A stretch of DNA of 58,791 nucleotides, from NCBI GenBank assembly GCA_040005775.1, contig JBDTYI010000049.1, forward strand, positions 1-58,791, read 5' to 3'. A program made the translations under genes and the position numbers. How positions within the stretch are numbered: position 1 is the stretch's first letter; every line of letters begins with the position of its first letter. The notes below the pieces were generated by a model. That model did no database searches and was not told where the DNA came from. It saw only the letters and a program-made list of their open reading frames with translations. Shown here piece by piece: positions 1-11,510 of the stretch. The DNA is from Solirubrobacteraceae bacterium. Its GTDB lineage: Bacteria; Actinomycetota; Thermoleophilia; Solirubrobacterales; Solirubrobacteraceae.

Positions 1-1522
1 CGACGTCGGGGAAGTCGTGGCCTTTGGCGACCATCTGCGTGCCGAGCAGGATCCCGTGGCGCGCGGCGCCGAACGCGGCCAGGACGCGAGCGGGGTCGCC
101 CGCGTCGCCGTCGAGGCGATAGACGTCGCCGCCGAGGGCCGCGAGGTCGGCCTCCATGCGCTCGGTGCCGGTGCCGTGGCGCGCGATGGACACCGAGCCG
201 CAGTCCGGGCAGCGCGAGGGCACGCGGTCGCGGTGGCCGCAGTGGTGGCAGGTGAGCAGGTCGCGTGCCCGGTGCAGGACGAGCGTGACGTCGCACTCCG
301 GGCACTCCCACGCGCGCCCGCACGAGCGGCAGGTGAGGAAGTTCGACCAGCCGCGGCGGTTGAGCAGCACGATCGCCTTGCGGGAGTCGGCGATCGCCTC
401 GTGCGTGCGCGGGTGCAGCGCGCGCCCGGCTTCACGCATGTCGATGATCTCCACCGGCGGCAGGGACGCGCCGTCCACGCGCGCGGGCAGGCGCAGGCGG
501 GTGAGCTGGTGCACGCTCTCGGGACGCGGCGTCGCCGAGCCCGCCACGAGCACTGCCCCGGCGTGGCGCGCCCGCCAGGCGGCGACCCGCCGGGCGTCGT
601 AGCGCGGGTCGCCCTCGTGCTTGTAGCTGGCGTCGTGCTCCTCGTCGACGACGACGAGGCCGAGGTCGGCCAGCGGCGCGAAGACGGCCGAGCGCGGGCC
701 GACGCAGACGCGCGCCTCGCCGCTGCGCAGCCGCATCCACTCGTCGTGGCGCTCGCCGTCGGAGAGCTTGGAGTGCAGCACCGCGACGGTGTCGCCGAAG
801 CGCGCCACGAAGCGCGAGACGATCTGCGGGGTCAGCGCGATCTCGGGGACGAGGACGAGCACCGAGCGGCCCTGCTCCAGGACCGCGTGCGCGGCGTGCA
901 GATAGACCTCGGTCTTGCCCGAGCCCGTCACGCCCTGCAGCAGCAGCAGCTTGCCGGGCTCGGCGGCGGCGATCGCCTCGACCGCCACGGCCTGCTCAGC
1001 GGTCAGCGGCGGCGGCTCGCGCTGAGCGCCGACGGCGACGTGCGTCGGCGCGCGGCGCACCGGGCTCGCCTGCACCGCCACGAGGCCGCGGGCCTCCAGG
1101 CGGCGCAGCGCGGGCAGGTCGCTGCCGGCGAAGCGCGGCAGGGTCTGAAGCAGCGCGCGCTGGCGGTCGGTGAGGCGCTCGCCGTTCGCGTCGCCGGCGG
1201 CCTCGGCCCACGGGGCGGTCTTCGTCCGCGTGCCCTTGGGCGGCAGCAGGAGGCTCAGCGCGCGGGCCGGCGTCGAGCAGTAGTCGCGCGCCAGCCAGAG
1301 CGCGAGCTCGACGAGGTCGGGCGTGAGGCGGGCGTCGAGGACCTGCTTGGGCTCGGCCAGCTCGTGCTCGCTGGTATCGGCCGTCGCGGTGACCACGCCG
1401 ACGACGTCGCGGTGGGCGAACGGGACGACGAGGACCGACCCGACGCCGACGCCGTCGGGGCAGGCGTAGTCGAACGGCCCGCGCAGCGCGCGGGCCGTGG
1501 TGAGCGGCTCGACCTTGGCCAC
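1..1522 (-). CDS. priA: Primosomal protein N' (PriA helicase); partial, the C-terminal part runs off the left window edge
   Basis: This is my own minus-strand translation; it is absent from the ORF track because it has no stop in the window. GTG at 1522 (alternative in-frame GTG at 1531) gives VAKVEPLTTARALRGPFDY. It carries Walker A LQGVTGSGKTEVY, DExH box VVVDEEHDASYKH, and zinc-binding cysteines CRSCG..CPECD and CHHCGH..CPDCGS. It ends ..LLGTQMVAKGHDFPDV at base 1. The 17..1630 + ORF is its antisense shadow. Confidence 0.85.
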   Translation of the reverse strand, partial: MAKVEPLTTARALRGPFDYACPDGVGVGSVLVVPFAHRDVVGVVTATADTSEHELAEPKQVLDARLTPDLVELALWLARDYCSTPARALSLLLPPKGTRTKTAPWAEAAGDANGERLTDRQRALLQTLPRFAGSDLPALRRLEARGLVAVQASPVRRAPTHVAVGAQREPPPLTAEQAVAVEAIAAAEPGKLLLLQGVTGSGKTEVYLHAAHAVLEQGRSVLVLVPEIALTPQIVSRFVARFGDTVAVLHSKLSDGERHDEWMRLRSGEARVCVGPRSAVFAPLADLGLVVVDEEHDASYKHEGDPRYDARRVAAWRARHAGAVLVAGSATPRPESVHQLTRLRLPARVDGASLPPVEIIDMREAGRALHPRTHEAIADSRKAIVLLNRRGWSNFLTCRSCGRAWECPECDVTLVLHRARDLLTCHHCGHRDRVPSRCPDCGSVSIARHGTGTERMEADLAALGGDVYRLDGDAGDPARVLAAFGAARHGILLGTQMVAKGHDFPDV

Positions 1523-1666
1523 GGCGGGCACACCGCGGACCGTAGCGGCGCGACCGGCTCGTCACGGACCGGGTTCCGGAGCGTTTCGCATCGGACGGAC
1601 TTGTGCGGATCGCCACGTTGCCTGACATAGGGTCGCCGCGCCAAGCAGCGCGACAAGGAGCGGGTC

Positions 1667-3988
1667 ATGGGTTCGAGGCGCAAGACGGCTGCGGTCGTCA
1701 CGGTCGTTACGGTGCTGTGCGCGATGGTCGCGGGCGGCGTGCTCGCCGCCACGCAGTCCAGCGACGAGGCAGCGCTGGCGCCCTCACGTCCTGCCGCCAG
1801 CCGGTCGGTCGAGCACAGGGTCGATGCGCTCGTCAGGCGCATGACGCTCGGGGAGAAGCTTCAGCAGGTGCAGCTGCTCTCCGACGGGCAGATCACCGAC
1901 GCCGACGCGAAGGCCGGCGTCGGGAGCGTCTTCAGCCTCACCGATCCCGACAAGATCGACCACCTCCAGCACGTCGCCGTCGAGCAGTCGCGCCTGCACA
2001 TCCCGATCCTCTTCGCCTACGACACGATCCACGGCTACCGCACGATCTTCCCGATCCCGCTCGGGGCCGCCAGCTCCTTCGACCCGGCCGTCGCCACCGC
2101 CGACGACACCGTCGCCGCGCGCGAGACCGCCACGGTCGGCGTCAAGCAGATCTACAGCCCGATGGTCGACGTCTCCCACGAGCCGCGCTGGGGGCGGATC
2201 TCCGAGGGCGGCGGCGAGGACCCCTACCTCGGCTCGGTCTTCTCCGCGGCGCGCGTGAAGGCCGCACAGGGCAAGGACTACAGCGCCCCGGACAAGGTCG
2301 TCGCGAGCGTCAAGCACCTCGCCGCCTACGGCCAGCCCGAGGGCGGCCGCGACTACAACACCACCGACATGTCCGAGCAACGGCTGCGCAACCTCTACCT
2401 GCCGCCGTTCAAGGCCGCGGTCGACGCCGGCGCCGACACCGCGATGTGCTCGTTCAACTCCATCAGCGGCGTGCCCGGCTGCGCCAACCACGAGGTCGAG
2501 ACCGACATCCTCAAGCGCGAGTGGGGCTTCGACGGCTTCATCGAGAGCGACTACACCGCCGTCGCCGAGCTCCGCGCCTGCCCGCCCGTGAACCCGGACT
2601 CCGGCTCGTGCGGGCACGGCGTCGCCGCCGACGGCCCCGATGCGGGCGCGCTCGCGCTGAACGCCGGCACCGACTCGGAGATGGTCAGCACGAACATCCG
2701 CGACTTCGGCCGGCAGCTGCTGGCCGACCGCCGCATCTCGCGCAGCCGCCTCGACGACGCGGTCCGCAGGATCCTGCGCGTGAAGTTCCGCGCCGGACTC
2801 TTCGAGCACCCCTACGTCGACACGGCCAAGGCCAAGGATGAGTCGAGCTTCGTCACCGCCGCCGACCGCGCCGCCGCGCGCAACGCCGCCTCGCGCTCGA
2901 TGGTGCTGCTCAAGAACAGCGGCGACAAGGCCACGCTGCCGCTGGACCCCGGGAAGAAGACCGCGGTGATCGGCCCGCTCGGCGACAGCGGTCACGACAT
3001 GCTCGGGCCGTGGTGGGGCAAGGGCCGCGACGAGGACGCTGTCACCCCGTACGCCGGCATCAAGGCCCAGGACCCCGACACGACCTACACGCCCGGCTGC
3101 ACGATCGAGGACAAGGACCCGCCCAGCAACACGCCCGAGGGCGAGTGCGGGTCCGCCGCGGGCTTCCCGGCCGCCGTCGCGGCCGCCGAGGCGGCCGACC
3201 AGGTCGTGCTCACGCTCGGCGAGAGCCGCGGCCAGAGCGGCGAGGCCGCATCGCGCACCGAGATCGACCTGCCCGGCAAGCAGCAGGAGCTGATCGACGC
3301 GATCAAGGCGACGGGCAAGCCGTTCGTCGTCGTGCTGTTCAACGGCCGGCCGCTGACGCTCTCGAAGGTCGACGCCTCGGCGCCCGCGATCCTCGAGGCC
3401 TGGTTCGGAGGCGTCGAGGCCGGCAACGCCGTCGCCGACGTGCTGTTCGGCACGGTCAACCCCGGTGGCAAGCTGCCCGCGTCGTTCCCGCGGGTGCTCG
3501 GCCAGGTGCCGATCTACTACAACCACGAGCCGACCGGCCGCCCGTGCGACGCGACGCAGAAGTACAACTCGCGCTACCGCGACCTGAACTCCTGCTCGCC
3601 GCTGTACGAGTTCGGCTTCGGGCTCAGCTACACGACGTTCAAGGTCGACGGGCCGCGCCTGAGCAGGAACACGGTGAGGCGAAACGGCTCGCTGACGGCA
3701 TCGATGGACGTCACGAACACCGGGTCGCGCGAGGGCGACGACGTCGTGCAGCTCTACATCCACGACCCGGTCGCGAGCCTGTCGCAGCCAGTCCGGCGGC
3801 TGCGGGGCTTCCAGCGCGTGACGCTGAGCCCGGGCGAGAAGCAGACGGTCACGTTCACCCTGGACGAGTCGGACTTCGGCTTCTACGACAACAGTGGCCG
3901 GTACGTGGTGGAGCCGGGCCGGATCGACGTGTTCGCCGGTGACAGCTCGACGGCCGACCAGTCGCAGTCCTTCACGGTGACCGGCTGA
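1667..3988 (+). CDS. bglX: Secreted glycoside hydrolase family 3 beta-glucosidase (BglX-like)
   Basis: 773-aa ORF with a signal-like N-terminus MGSRRKTAAVVTVVTVLCAMVAGGVLAA. GH3 motifs KHLAAYGQPEGGRDYN and GFIESDYTAV are present. AAGGAG lies 6 nt upstream of the ATG. Confidence 0.9.
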   Translation: MGSRRKTAAVVTVVTVLCAMVAGGVLAATQSSDEAALAPSRPAASRSVEHRVDALVRRMTLGEKLQQVQLLSDGQITDADAKAGVGSVFSLTDPDKIDHLQHVAVEQSRLHIPILFAYDTIHGYRTIFPIPLGAASSFDPAVATADDTVAARETATVGVKQIYSPMVDVSHEPRWGRISEGGGEDPYLGSVFSAARVKAAQGKDYSAPDKVVASVKHLAAYGQPEGGRDYNTTDMSEQRLRNLYLPPFKAAVDAGADTAMCSFNSISGVPGCANHEVETDILKREWGFDGFIESDYTAVAELRACPPVNPDSGSCGHGVAADGPDAGALALNAGTDSEMVSTNIRDFGRQLLADRRISRSRLDDAVRRILRVKFRAGLFEHPYVDTAKAKDESSFVTAADRAAARNAASRSMVLLKNSGDKATLPLDPGKKTAVIGPLGDSGHDMLGPWWGKGRDEDAVTPYAGIKAQDPDTTYTPGCTIEDKDPPSNTPEGECGSAAGFPAAVAAAEAADQVVLTLGESRGQSGEAASRTEIDLPGKQQELIDAIKATGKPFVVVLFNGRPLTLSKVDASAPAILEAWFGGVEAGNAVADVLFGTVNPGGKLPASFPRVLGQVPIYYNHEPTGRPCDATQKYNSRYRDLNSCSPLYEFGFGLSYTTFKVDGPRLSRNTVRRNGSLTASMDVTNTGSREGDDVVQLYIHDPVASLSQPVRRLRGFQRVTLSPGEKQTVTFTLDESDFGFYDNSGRYVVEPGRIDVFAGDSSTADQSQSFTVTG

Positions 3989-4026
3989 GGGCGTCCGGCG
4001 CCTGACGGGGCGGTAGCGTTCGGACC

Positions 4027-4497
4027 ATGGACCTGCATCCCGGTGAGGAGATCGTCTTCGAGGGGCACCCGTCGTGGCGCTCGACGCTGCGCTTCTACGT
4101 CATCGGCCTGGTCGCCGCGGCGGCCATCGGCGCCCTCGTCGGGCTGGTGACGTCCCCGACGACGGGTGCCCTCGTCTGGCTCGTGCTGTTCGCCGGGGTC
4201 CTGGTCGTGGGCTTCTTCAAGCGTGTGTCGACGACCTATGTCGTCAGCTCGCAGCGGCTGTACATCCGCCGCGGCCTGCTGGCCAAGCGCGTCCAGCAGA
4301 CGCGCATCGACCGCGTGCAGAACGTGAACACCGACCAGGGACCGCTCGAGCGCATGCTGCGCGTCGGCACCGTGGACTTCGACACGGCCGGCACCGACGA
4401 CAGCGACTTCACCTTCACCGGGATCGCCGATCCGCACGAGATCGTCACTGCCGTCGATCGCGCGCAGCGCGAGCAGGCCCAGCAGCGGTCACTTTGA
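4027..4497 (+). CDS. Membrane protein with bacterial PH domain (bPH_2 / YdbS-YdbT-like)
   Basis: 156 aa. Two hydrophobic helices are followed by YVVSSQRLYIRRGLLAKRVQQTRIDRVQNVN..VGTVDFDTAG, which is typical of bPH_2 (DUF304-type) domains. Confidence 0.7.
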   Translation: MDLHPGEEIVFEGHPSWRSTLRFYVIGLVAAAAIGALVGLVTSPTTGALVWLVLFAGVLVVGFFKRVSTTYVVSSQRLYIRRGLLAKRVQQTRIDRVQNVNTDQGPLERMLRVGTVDFDTAGTDDSDFTFTGIADPHEIVTAVDRAQREQAQQRSL

Positions 4498-5063
4498 GCC
4501 GCTGCTTCGGGGACGGCGACGATCTCTACGCCGCCTACCACGACGATGAGTGGGGCCGGCCGGTTCGCGACGAGCGCGGGCTGTTCGAGCGCCTGAGCCT
4601 CGAAGCGTTCCAGTCGGGGCTCTCCTGGCTGACGATCCTGCGCAAGCGCGACGCGTTCCGCGCGGCGTTCGCGGACTTCGACCCGGAGGTCGTGGCCGAG
4701 TTCGGCGCGGCCGACGCGGGCCGCCTGCTCGGCGACGCCGGGATCGTGCGCAACCGCCTGAAGATCGAGGCGACGATCGCCAATGCCCGGGCGACGGTCG
4801 CGCTGCGCGAGGCGGGCACCCCGCTGCCCGAGCTGATCGCTGCCCACGCCCCGGCGCCACGGCCCGCGCCCACCTCGTTCGCCGACGTGCCGGCCCAGAC
4901 GGCGGAGAGCCGCGCGCTGGCGAAGACGCTGCGCGCCGCGGGCTTTCGCTTCGTCGGCCCGACGACGCTCTACGCGCTGATGCAGGCGACCGGCTTCGCC
5001 AACGACCACCTGGCCGGCTGCCCGGTGCGCGCCGCCGTGGCGCGCGCGCACCGGACGCCGTGA
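4494..5063 (+). CDS. tag: DNA-3-methyladenine glycosylase I
   Basis: This is the C-terminal 190 codons of track ORF 4074..5063. They read LSRCFGDGDDLYAAYHDDEWGRPV..LEAFQSGLSWLTIL..FVGPTTLYALMQATG, the Tag family signature. I place the start at TTG 4494, which overlaps the upstream TGA (TTGA). The start is less certain than the call. Confidence 0.85.
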   Translation: MSRCFGDGDDLYAAYHDDEWGRPVRDERGLFERLSLEAFQSGLSWLTILRKRDAFRAAFADFDPEVVAEFGAADAGRLLGDAGIVRNRLKIEATIANARATVALREAGTPLPELIAAHAPAPRPAPTSFADVPAQTAESRALAKTLRAAGFRFVGPTTLYALMQATGFANDHLAGCPVRAAVARAHRTP

Positions 5064-5067
5064 CGGC

Positions 5068-6636
5068 TCAGCCCGTGGTGGTGAAGAACGCGTCGGTGCG
5101 GTTCGTCGGCTGGAACGGGTTGTTGGACTGCACCCAGAGCGGGGTGAACAGGCTGCCCGCGTGGTCCAGCCCCGTGTAGTCGCCGACGAAGTAGCCGCGG
5201 GCGTACGGGGCGGCGCGCATGTCGAACCGCCCGCTGAGGTCCTGCTCGTTGCCGAACGATGTCCCGCCGGTGTGCGAGTGCACCATCCAGAGGTTGGTCG
5301 TCAGACCCGGGTCGTTGGCGCTGTCGTTGCGCATGTCGTAGTAGCTCACGGCCACGGTGCCGTCACCGTTGACGTGCACCTGCGCCGTGAACGCCTGCCG
5401 GTTGTACGCATCGGCCGGGGTCTTGTTCACGACGATGGGCGCCTCCCAGCTCACGCCCCCCGTCGTCGAGCGCGACAGCTTGATCGTGTCGTCGCCGAAC
5501 GAGCTGGTGGAGTCCTGCTCCTGCCACACCATGTAGAGGTTGCCGCGGGTCGCCGGGTTTGCGGACCGGTCGACGGCGATCTCGGGGAGGATGTCGCCGG
5601 TGCGCACGAGCCGGCACCCAAGCAACGGGCGCCGCGGGTCGCAGGGGCGCGGCTCGGGGTCGTTGACGCCGACCGAAGGGTGAGGCGCGACGATGACCGG
5701 CCGCTGCGACCAGGTCTGGCCCTTGTCGGTGGAGCGGATCACGGCCACGTTGGCGCCCCGCAGGCCCTGCGCGTTCTTGTGGGTCTGCAGCAGCTCGAAG
5801 CCGTCCACCAGGGTGCCGGCGGAGTCCGGGAGCACGACGATCTGGTTGCCGATCGTCTGGTTCTGGGTGCCCGGGTCGTAGATCGGGTGCGAGGGCTCCC
5901 ACGTCGCTCCGTTGTCGGTCGAGCGGGCGAACCAGGTCGGGCCGTGGTAGGCGCGGGCGTTCTCGTAGGCCTTGGCGCTCGAGTTCTCGCTGGGCGAGAC
6001 CAGACGGTCCCAGATCGCGTACACGTACCGCGCATCGCCGGGATCGGCCGTGATCGACTCCTTGTCGCTGAAGTTGTTGCCGGCCGCCCGCGGGTTGTCG
6101 GCGCGCAGCACCGTGTTCTTGGGCCACGTCTGACCGCCGTCGAGCGACCGGTTGACGATCACGGCGTTGCGCGCCGTCGAGTCGTCGAACGAGATGCTGA
6201 TCGCGTGCGCGACCCCGTTGGGCGAGAAGGACACCCACGGGTCGCTGGCGCGCTCGTAGTCGCCGCCGTTGACCGGCGCGCCGCCGGCGCAGTTGCTGAA
6301 CGGCGGGCTGGACGGGGTCCAGGTCGTGCCGCCGTCGGCGCTGAAGGCATGCAGCAGCCCGTGGGCTCCGCCGTCGCTCCAGCGATCCTGCTGCCAGGCG
6401 CCGATGATGTTCTGGGTGTTGGTCGGATTGACCGACACGTAGGGCTCGACTTCGGCGTTCTGGTAGTTCACGCCGCCGTTGATCGCCTCGTTGTCGCCGC
6501 CACAGCCCGGCAGCCACGGGCTCAGCCCGCTGGCGCGCGTCGGAGACGCGGGGGCGAACGGCGCCGCCTGGGCGCCGGTCGCGACGGCGAGCACGGCCAC
6601 CGCCGCGAGGGTCATCGCCTTGATGGAACTGGACAC
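5068..6636 (-). CDS. Secreted BNR/Asp-box repeat beta-propeller (sialidase-like glycosidase fold, specificity unknown)
   Basis: 522 aa with signal peptide MSSSIKAMTLAAVAVLAVATGAQA. Five Asp-boxes are present: SADGGTTW, SLDGGQTW, STDNGATW, STDKGQTW, STTGGVSW. The GTG start has GGAGGAGG 4 nt upstream. Confidence 0.75.
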   Translation of the reverse strand: MSSSIKAMTLAAVAVLAVATGAQAAPFAPASPTRASGLSPWLPGCGGDNEAINGGVNYQNAEVEPYVSVNPTNTQNIIGAWQQDRWSDGGAHGLLHAFSADGGTTWTPSSPPFSNCAGGAPVNGGDYERASDPWVSFSPNGVAHAISISFDDSTARNAVIVNRSLDGGQTWPKNTVLRADNPRAAGNNFSDKESITADPGDARYVYAIWDRLVSPSENSSAKAYENARAYHGPTWFARSTDNGATWEPSHPIYDPGTQNQTIGNQIVVLPDSAGTLVDGFELLQTHKNAQGLRGANVAVIRSTDKGQTWSQRPVIVAPHPSVGVNDPEPRPCDPRRPLLGCRLVRTGDILPEIAVDRSANPATRGNLYMVWQEQDSTSSFGDDTIKLSRSTTGGVSWEAPIVVNKTPADAYNRQAFTAQVHVNGDGTVAVSYYDMRNDSANDPGLTTNLWMVHSHTGGTSFGNEQDLSGRFDMRAAPYARGYFVGDYTGLDHAGSLFTPLWVQSNNPFQPTNRTDAFFTTTG

Positions 6637-6755
6637 GTGGCCTCCTCCGTTGAATCGCAGCCGTCACCGGCTGCTGTCCGGAGAACGTAACCTCGACGCT
6701 CGGCAATTGCCACTGCCGGGTCAGGCCCGGCCGTCCCGGTCGGCGCGCTCGCGGG

Positions 6756-7985
<1,230 letters not shown>

Positions 7986-8030
7986 GGGAGCCAAGGAGAG
8001 TAGCGATGGTCGGGCTAAGGTGGCCTCGCC

Positions 8031-8600
8031 ATGCTCGTCGCCATCGACGGCCCCGCGGGGGCCGGGAAGTCCACCGTCGCCCGCGCCGCCGCCGCCGCGC
8101 TGGGCTTCACCTACCTCGACTCGGGAGCCATGTATCGCTGCGTCGCGCTCGCGGCCGACCGCGACCCGGCCTCGCTGGACATCCAGTTCGACGGCGACCG
8201 CGTGCTGCTCGACGGTGCCGACGTGACCGACGCGATCCGCACGCCGGAGGTCTCTCAGGAGGCGTCGCGGCGGGCGACCGACCCGGCCGTGCGCAGCGCC
8301 CTCGTCGCCAAGCAGCGCGCGCTGATCGCCACCGGCGACTGGGTGGCCGAGGGCCGCGACATCGGCACGGTCGTCGCCCCCGACGCCGAGCTGAAGCTGT
8401 GGCTCGATGCCGACGAGGCCGAGCGCGCGCGCCGCCGCGGCGTCGACGTCGCCGAGGTGCGCGAGCGCGACGGCCGCGACGCCGGCCGCGAGCACTCCCC
8501 CATGATCGCCGCGCCCGACGCGGAGATCCTCGACACCACCGGCCTGAGCATCGACGAGGTCGTCGCGCGCATCGTCGGCCTGGTGGGCGCACACGCGTGA
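8031..8600 (+). CDS. cmk: Cytidylate kinase
   Basis: [36 protein letters not shown] (P-loop plus the Cmk N-terminus). AAGGTGG lies 7 nt upstream. An in-frame TAA at 8016 excludes an earlier start. Confidence 0.9.
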   Translation: MLVAIDGPAGAGKSTVARAAAAALGFTYLDSGAMYRCVALAADRDPASLDIQFDGDRVLLDGADVTDAIRTPEVSQEASRRATDPAVRSALVAKQRALIATGDWVAEGRDIGTVVAPDAELKLWLDADEAERARRRGVDVAEVRERDGRDAGREHSPMIAAPDAEILDTTGLSIDEVVARIVGLVGAHA

Positions 8601-8602
8601 GC

Positions 8603-9925
8603 ATGAAGGTCGCTGTCGTGGGCTATCCGAACGTCGGCAAGTCCTCGCTCGTCAACCGGCTGACGGGCTCGCGCGCCGCGGTCGTGCACGAGCGCGCGGG
8701 CATCACGCGCGACCGCCACGAGCTCGACTGCGAGTGGAACGGGCGCGCGTTCACGCTGATCGACACCGGCGGCATGGACTTCCTGGACCCCGACCCGATC
8801 TCGGGCTCGATCCGCGAGCAGGCGCAGGCGGCGCTCGCCGACTCCGTCGCCGCCGTGCTGGTGGTCGACGCGCGGGCCGGGCGGCGCCCGGGCGACGACG
8901 AGCTCGGCGATCTGCTGCGCCGCTGGCGGGGCGGGCCGGTGCTCATCGCCGCCAACAAGATCGACTCGGTCGGCGACCTCGCCCTCTCCCACGAGTTCCA
9001 CGCGCTGGGGCTCGGCAACCCGATCGCGGTGTCGGCCGCCCAGGGCCTGGGCACCGGCGACCTGCTCGACGCGCTCGTCGACGTGCTGCCGACCGAGGAC
9101 GAGGTCGCCGCCGAGGACGAGGACGTCGTGCGCCTGGCCGTGATCGGGCGCCCGAACGTCGGCAAGTCGACGCTCGTCAACCGCATCTCGGGCTCCGAGC
9201 GCATGATCGTCTCGGACATCGCGGGCACCACGCGCGACGCGATCGACCTGCCCGTCGAGGTCGACGGGCGCAAGCTGATCCTCGTCGACACCGCCGGCCT
9301 GCGCCGCCAGGCCAAGGTGCAGGACTCCGTCGAGTACTACACGACGCTGCGCTCCCAGCGCGCGGTCGAGCGCGCCGACGTCGCCCTGGTCGTCTGCGAC
9401 GCGGCCGACGGCGTCACGAGCCAGGACCTGCGCATCGCCGAGCTGGCGATGAAGGAGAGCTGTGCCACCGCACTCGTGCTGAACAAGTGGGACGCCAGCG
9501 CGATGGACGACAACGATCTCGCCCACGAGCGCGCCGTCGTCGCCAACAAGCTGCGGATGCGGCCGAAGTTGCTCACCGCGAGTGCCCTGACCGGCCGCCA
9601 CGTGGCGCGCCTGCTGACCGAAGCGATCGCGCTCGGCGACCGGATGCGCAACCGGATCCCGACCCCGCAGGTCAACCGCTTCCTCGCCGAGGTCGTCCAG
9701 GAGCGCCAGCCGCCGGCCAAGCAGGGACACCGGCTGAAGCTCATCTACGGCGCCCAGATCGGGACGGCGCCGCCGCGCTTCGCGATCCAGGTCAACAGCC
9801 GCAACCGCGTGACGCGCGACTACGCCTACTTCGTGGAGAACCGGATGCGCGAGCGCTTCGGCTTCGACGGCGTCCCGCTGATCATCGACTTCAACGAGCG
9901 CAAGCAGCGACGCAGCGACCGCTGA
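8603..9925 (+). CDS. der: Ribosome-associated GTPase Der/EngA (two G domains plus KH-like tail)
   Basis: Track ORF 8006..9925 trimmed to ATG 8603 (alternative GTG 8597 overlapping the cmk stop). It starts [20 protein letters not shown], has a second G domain [17 protein letters not shown], and has NKWD/NKID G4 motifs. Confidence 0.9.
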   Translation: MKVAVVGYPNVGKSSLVNRLTGSRAAVVHERAGITRDRHELDCEWNGRAFTLIDTGGMDFLDPDPISGSIREQAQAALADSVAAVLVVDARAGRRPGDDELGDLLRRWRGGPVLIAANKIDSVGDLALSHEFHALGLGNPIAVSAAQGLGTGDLLDALVDVLPTEDEVAAEDEDVVRLAVIGRPNVGKSTLVNRISGSERMIVSDIAGTTRDAIDLPVEVDGRKLILVDTAGLRRQAKVQDSVEYYTTLRSQRAVERADVALVVCDAADGVTSQDLRIAELAMKESCATALVLNKWDASAMDDNDLAHERAVVANKLRMRPKLLTASALTGRHVARLLTEAIALGDRMRNRIPTPQVNRFLAEVVQERQPPAKQGHRLKLIYGAQIGTAPPRFAIQVNSRNRVTRDYAYFVENRMRERFGFDGVPLIIDFNERKQRRSDR

Positions 9926-9947
9926 GGGCGGCGACGCCCAGGCTCAA

Positions 9948-9965
9948 GGCCCGCCGCGGCGGGCC
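9948..9965 (+). terminator. GC-rich perfect palindrome downstream of der (possible terminator hairpin, no U-tract)
   Basis: GGCCCGCCGCGGCGGGCC is its own reverse complement. It lies 23 nt after the der stop and just before the AGGAG SD of the next gene. Confidence 0.3.
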
Positions 9966-9980
9966 CGATAGGAGTCGAAC

Positions 9981-11510
9981 GTGGCTCCCGAGGTGACCCC
10001 AACCCACCGCCGGCCCCCGTTGGTGCTGATCGCCCTGTCCGCCGCCGCGCTGGCCGCGGCCGTCGCCGGCTACCTGATGGGGCTCCAGTCGCTATGGCTG
10101 GCCAACCTCTCGTGGACGCTCGGGGCGTGCGTCGGCGTCGCCGGCGTGGTCCACGCCGCGCGCCGCAGCGAGCCGGAGGCCAGGGCCGGGTGGCGCCTGC
10201 TCGTCTGGGCCTGCGTCGCCTGGCTGCTCGGACAGCTCTCCTGGGACGCGTATTCCACCTCGGCGATCCCGGCCTCCCCCAACCTCGGAGACCTCTTCTG
10301 GCTGCTGTTCGCGGTCCTGACCGCTGCCGGCGTGCTGCGCCTCGCCCAGGGCGCCGAGCGCGGGCGCGCCGTGTCCGCGCTGGAGCTCGCGCCCATCATC
10401 GTCGCCGTCTGCACCCTGTTGAGCGCGCTGCTGTGGGACGACGTCGCCGCCTCGAACATCTCGGTCCTCGGTCAGGCCACGTCGCTCGCCTACCCGGCGC
10501 TCTACGCCTCGGCGGCCCTGGTCATGATCCAGGCGGTCGTCGCGGGCGCGCTGGACGTGTCGGGCAATCCGGGCCTGCGCGCGGTCCTCGTCGGGCTTGC
10601 CGTCGAGGCCGTCGCCTTCATCCTCTGGAGCCCGACGCTGCTCGGGGCGAGCTACGTGCTCGGCGTCAACCCGATCGACCTCCTGTGGACCGCCGGGCTC
10701 GTGCTCGTCGGGCTCGGCGCGTACCGCGCCGGACCGATCCGCCCCGCCGCACACCACGCCGCCGGCGATCGCGGCGGCGTGCTGCCCGGGGCGACGTTCG
10801 GCGTCCTCGCGATCGTTCAGGCGGTCCTTCTGCTCACGGGCGCCGCGACGGGCGCCGTGCTCGCCCTCACCTTCGGGCTGACGCTCGTCGGCGGCTCGCT
10901 GCTGGCCCGCGGGATGGTGCTGCGCCGCGATCAGGAGTCCCTCTACGGCCAGGTCCGCGAACGCGAGCGCGAGCTCCAGGTGCTCAACGAGCGCCTCGGC
11001 GCGGAGTCGCGCCGCGACCCGCTCACCGGCCTGGGCAACCGCCTGCGCCTGGCTGAGGACATCGTCGAGATCGACGCCCGCGCGGCGCGGTACGCGCACG
11101 GCTACTGCCTGGTCCTCTGCGACCTCGATCGCTTCAAGGCCTACAACGACCGCATGGGTCACCAGGCCGGCGACGACGTGCTGCGCCAGGTCGCCCGGCT
11201 GCTCGAGCGCAACGCGCGCGCCGGCGACCGCATCTACCGCTACGGCGGCGAGGAGCTGCTGCTCCTGCTGCCCGAGCAGGACGAGGACGCGGGCCGCGCC
11301 GCCGCCGAGCATCATCGGGCCGCCCTCGAGCACGCCGCGCTCCCCCACCCCATGAACACCCCCGACGTCGTCACCTTCAGTGCCGGCGTCGCGGCGGCCG
11401 GCGTGTTCGAGACGCCTGAGGACGTCCTGCGCCGGGCCGACCGGGCGCTCTACGACGCCAAGGCGAGTGGCCGCAACCGCGTCTGCATCGCCGACCCGGT
11501 CGCGATCTAG
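9981..11510 (+). CDS. Integral-membrane diguanylate cyclase (multi-TM N-terminal region plus GGDEF domain)
   Basis: 509 aa. About 8-9 hydrophobic helices are followed by [48 protein letters not shown] (GGEEL active-site variant). AGGAG lies 6 nt upstream of the GTG. Confidence 0.85.
   Translation: MAPEVTPTHRRPPLVLIALSAAALAAAVAGYLMGLQSLWLANLSWTLGACVGVAGVVHAARRSEPEARAGWRLLVWACVAWLLGQLSWDAYSTSAIPASPNLGDLFWLLFAVLTAAGVLRLAQGAERGRAVSALELAPIIVAVCTLLSALLWDDVAASNISVLGQATSLAYPALYASAALVMIQAVVAGALDVSGNPGLRAVLVGLAVEAVAFILWSPTLLGASYVLGVNPIDLLWTAGLVLVGLGAYRAGPIRPAAHHAAGDRGGVLPGATFGVLAIVQAVLLLTGAATGAVLALTFGLTLVGGSLLARGMVLRRDQESLYGQVRERERELQVLNERLGAESRRDPLTGLGNRLRLAEDIVEIDARAARYAHGYCLVLCDLDRFKAYNDRMGHQAGDDVLRQVARLLERNARAGDRIYRYGGEELLLLLPEQDEDAGRAAAEHHRAALEHAALPHPMNTPDVVTFSAGVAAAGVFETPEDVLRRADRALYDAKASGRNRVCIADPVAI

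Noticed and set aside
17-1630. Long ORFs in the track with Arg/Gly/Ala/Pro-dominated translations. Examples are 17..1630 +, 1784..3763 -, 5161..6690 +, 10092..11348 -, 27764..30136 +, 38054..40048 +, 40338..42836 +, 54719..56377 - and many shorter ones.
   Set aside because: These are the stop-poor shadow frames expected in DNA of more than 70% GC. Each lies antisense to, or out of frame with, a gene that has clear family motifs, and their compositions are not protein-like.
8006-8030. A strong AAGGAGAG SD followed 5 nt later by ATG 8006, suggesting a gene start upstream of cmk.
   Set aside because: That ATG is out of frame with cmk, whose frame has TAA at 8016. It opens only an Arg-rich shadow frame that eventually merges with der. 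The purine run is simply the complement of the pyrimidine-rich metK upstream sequence.
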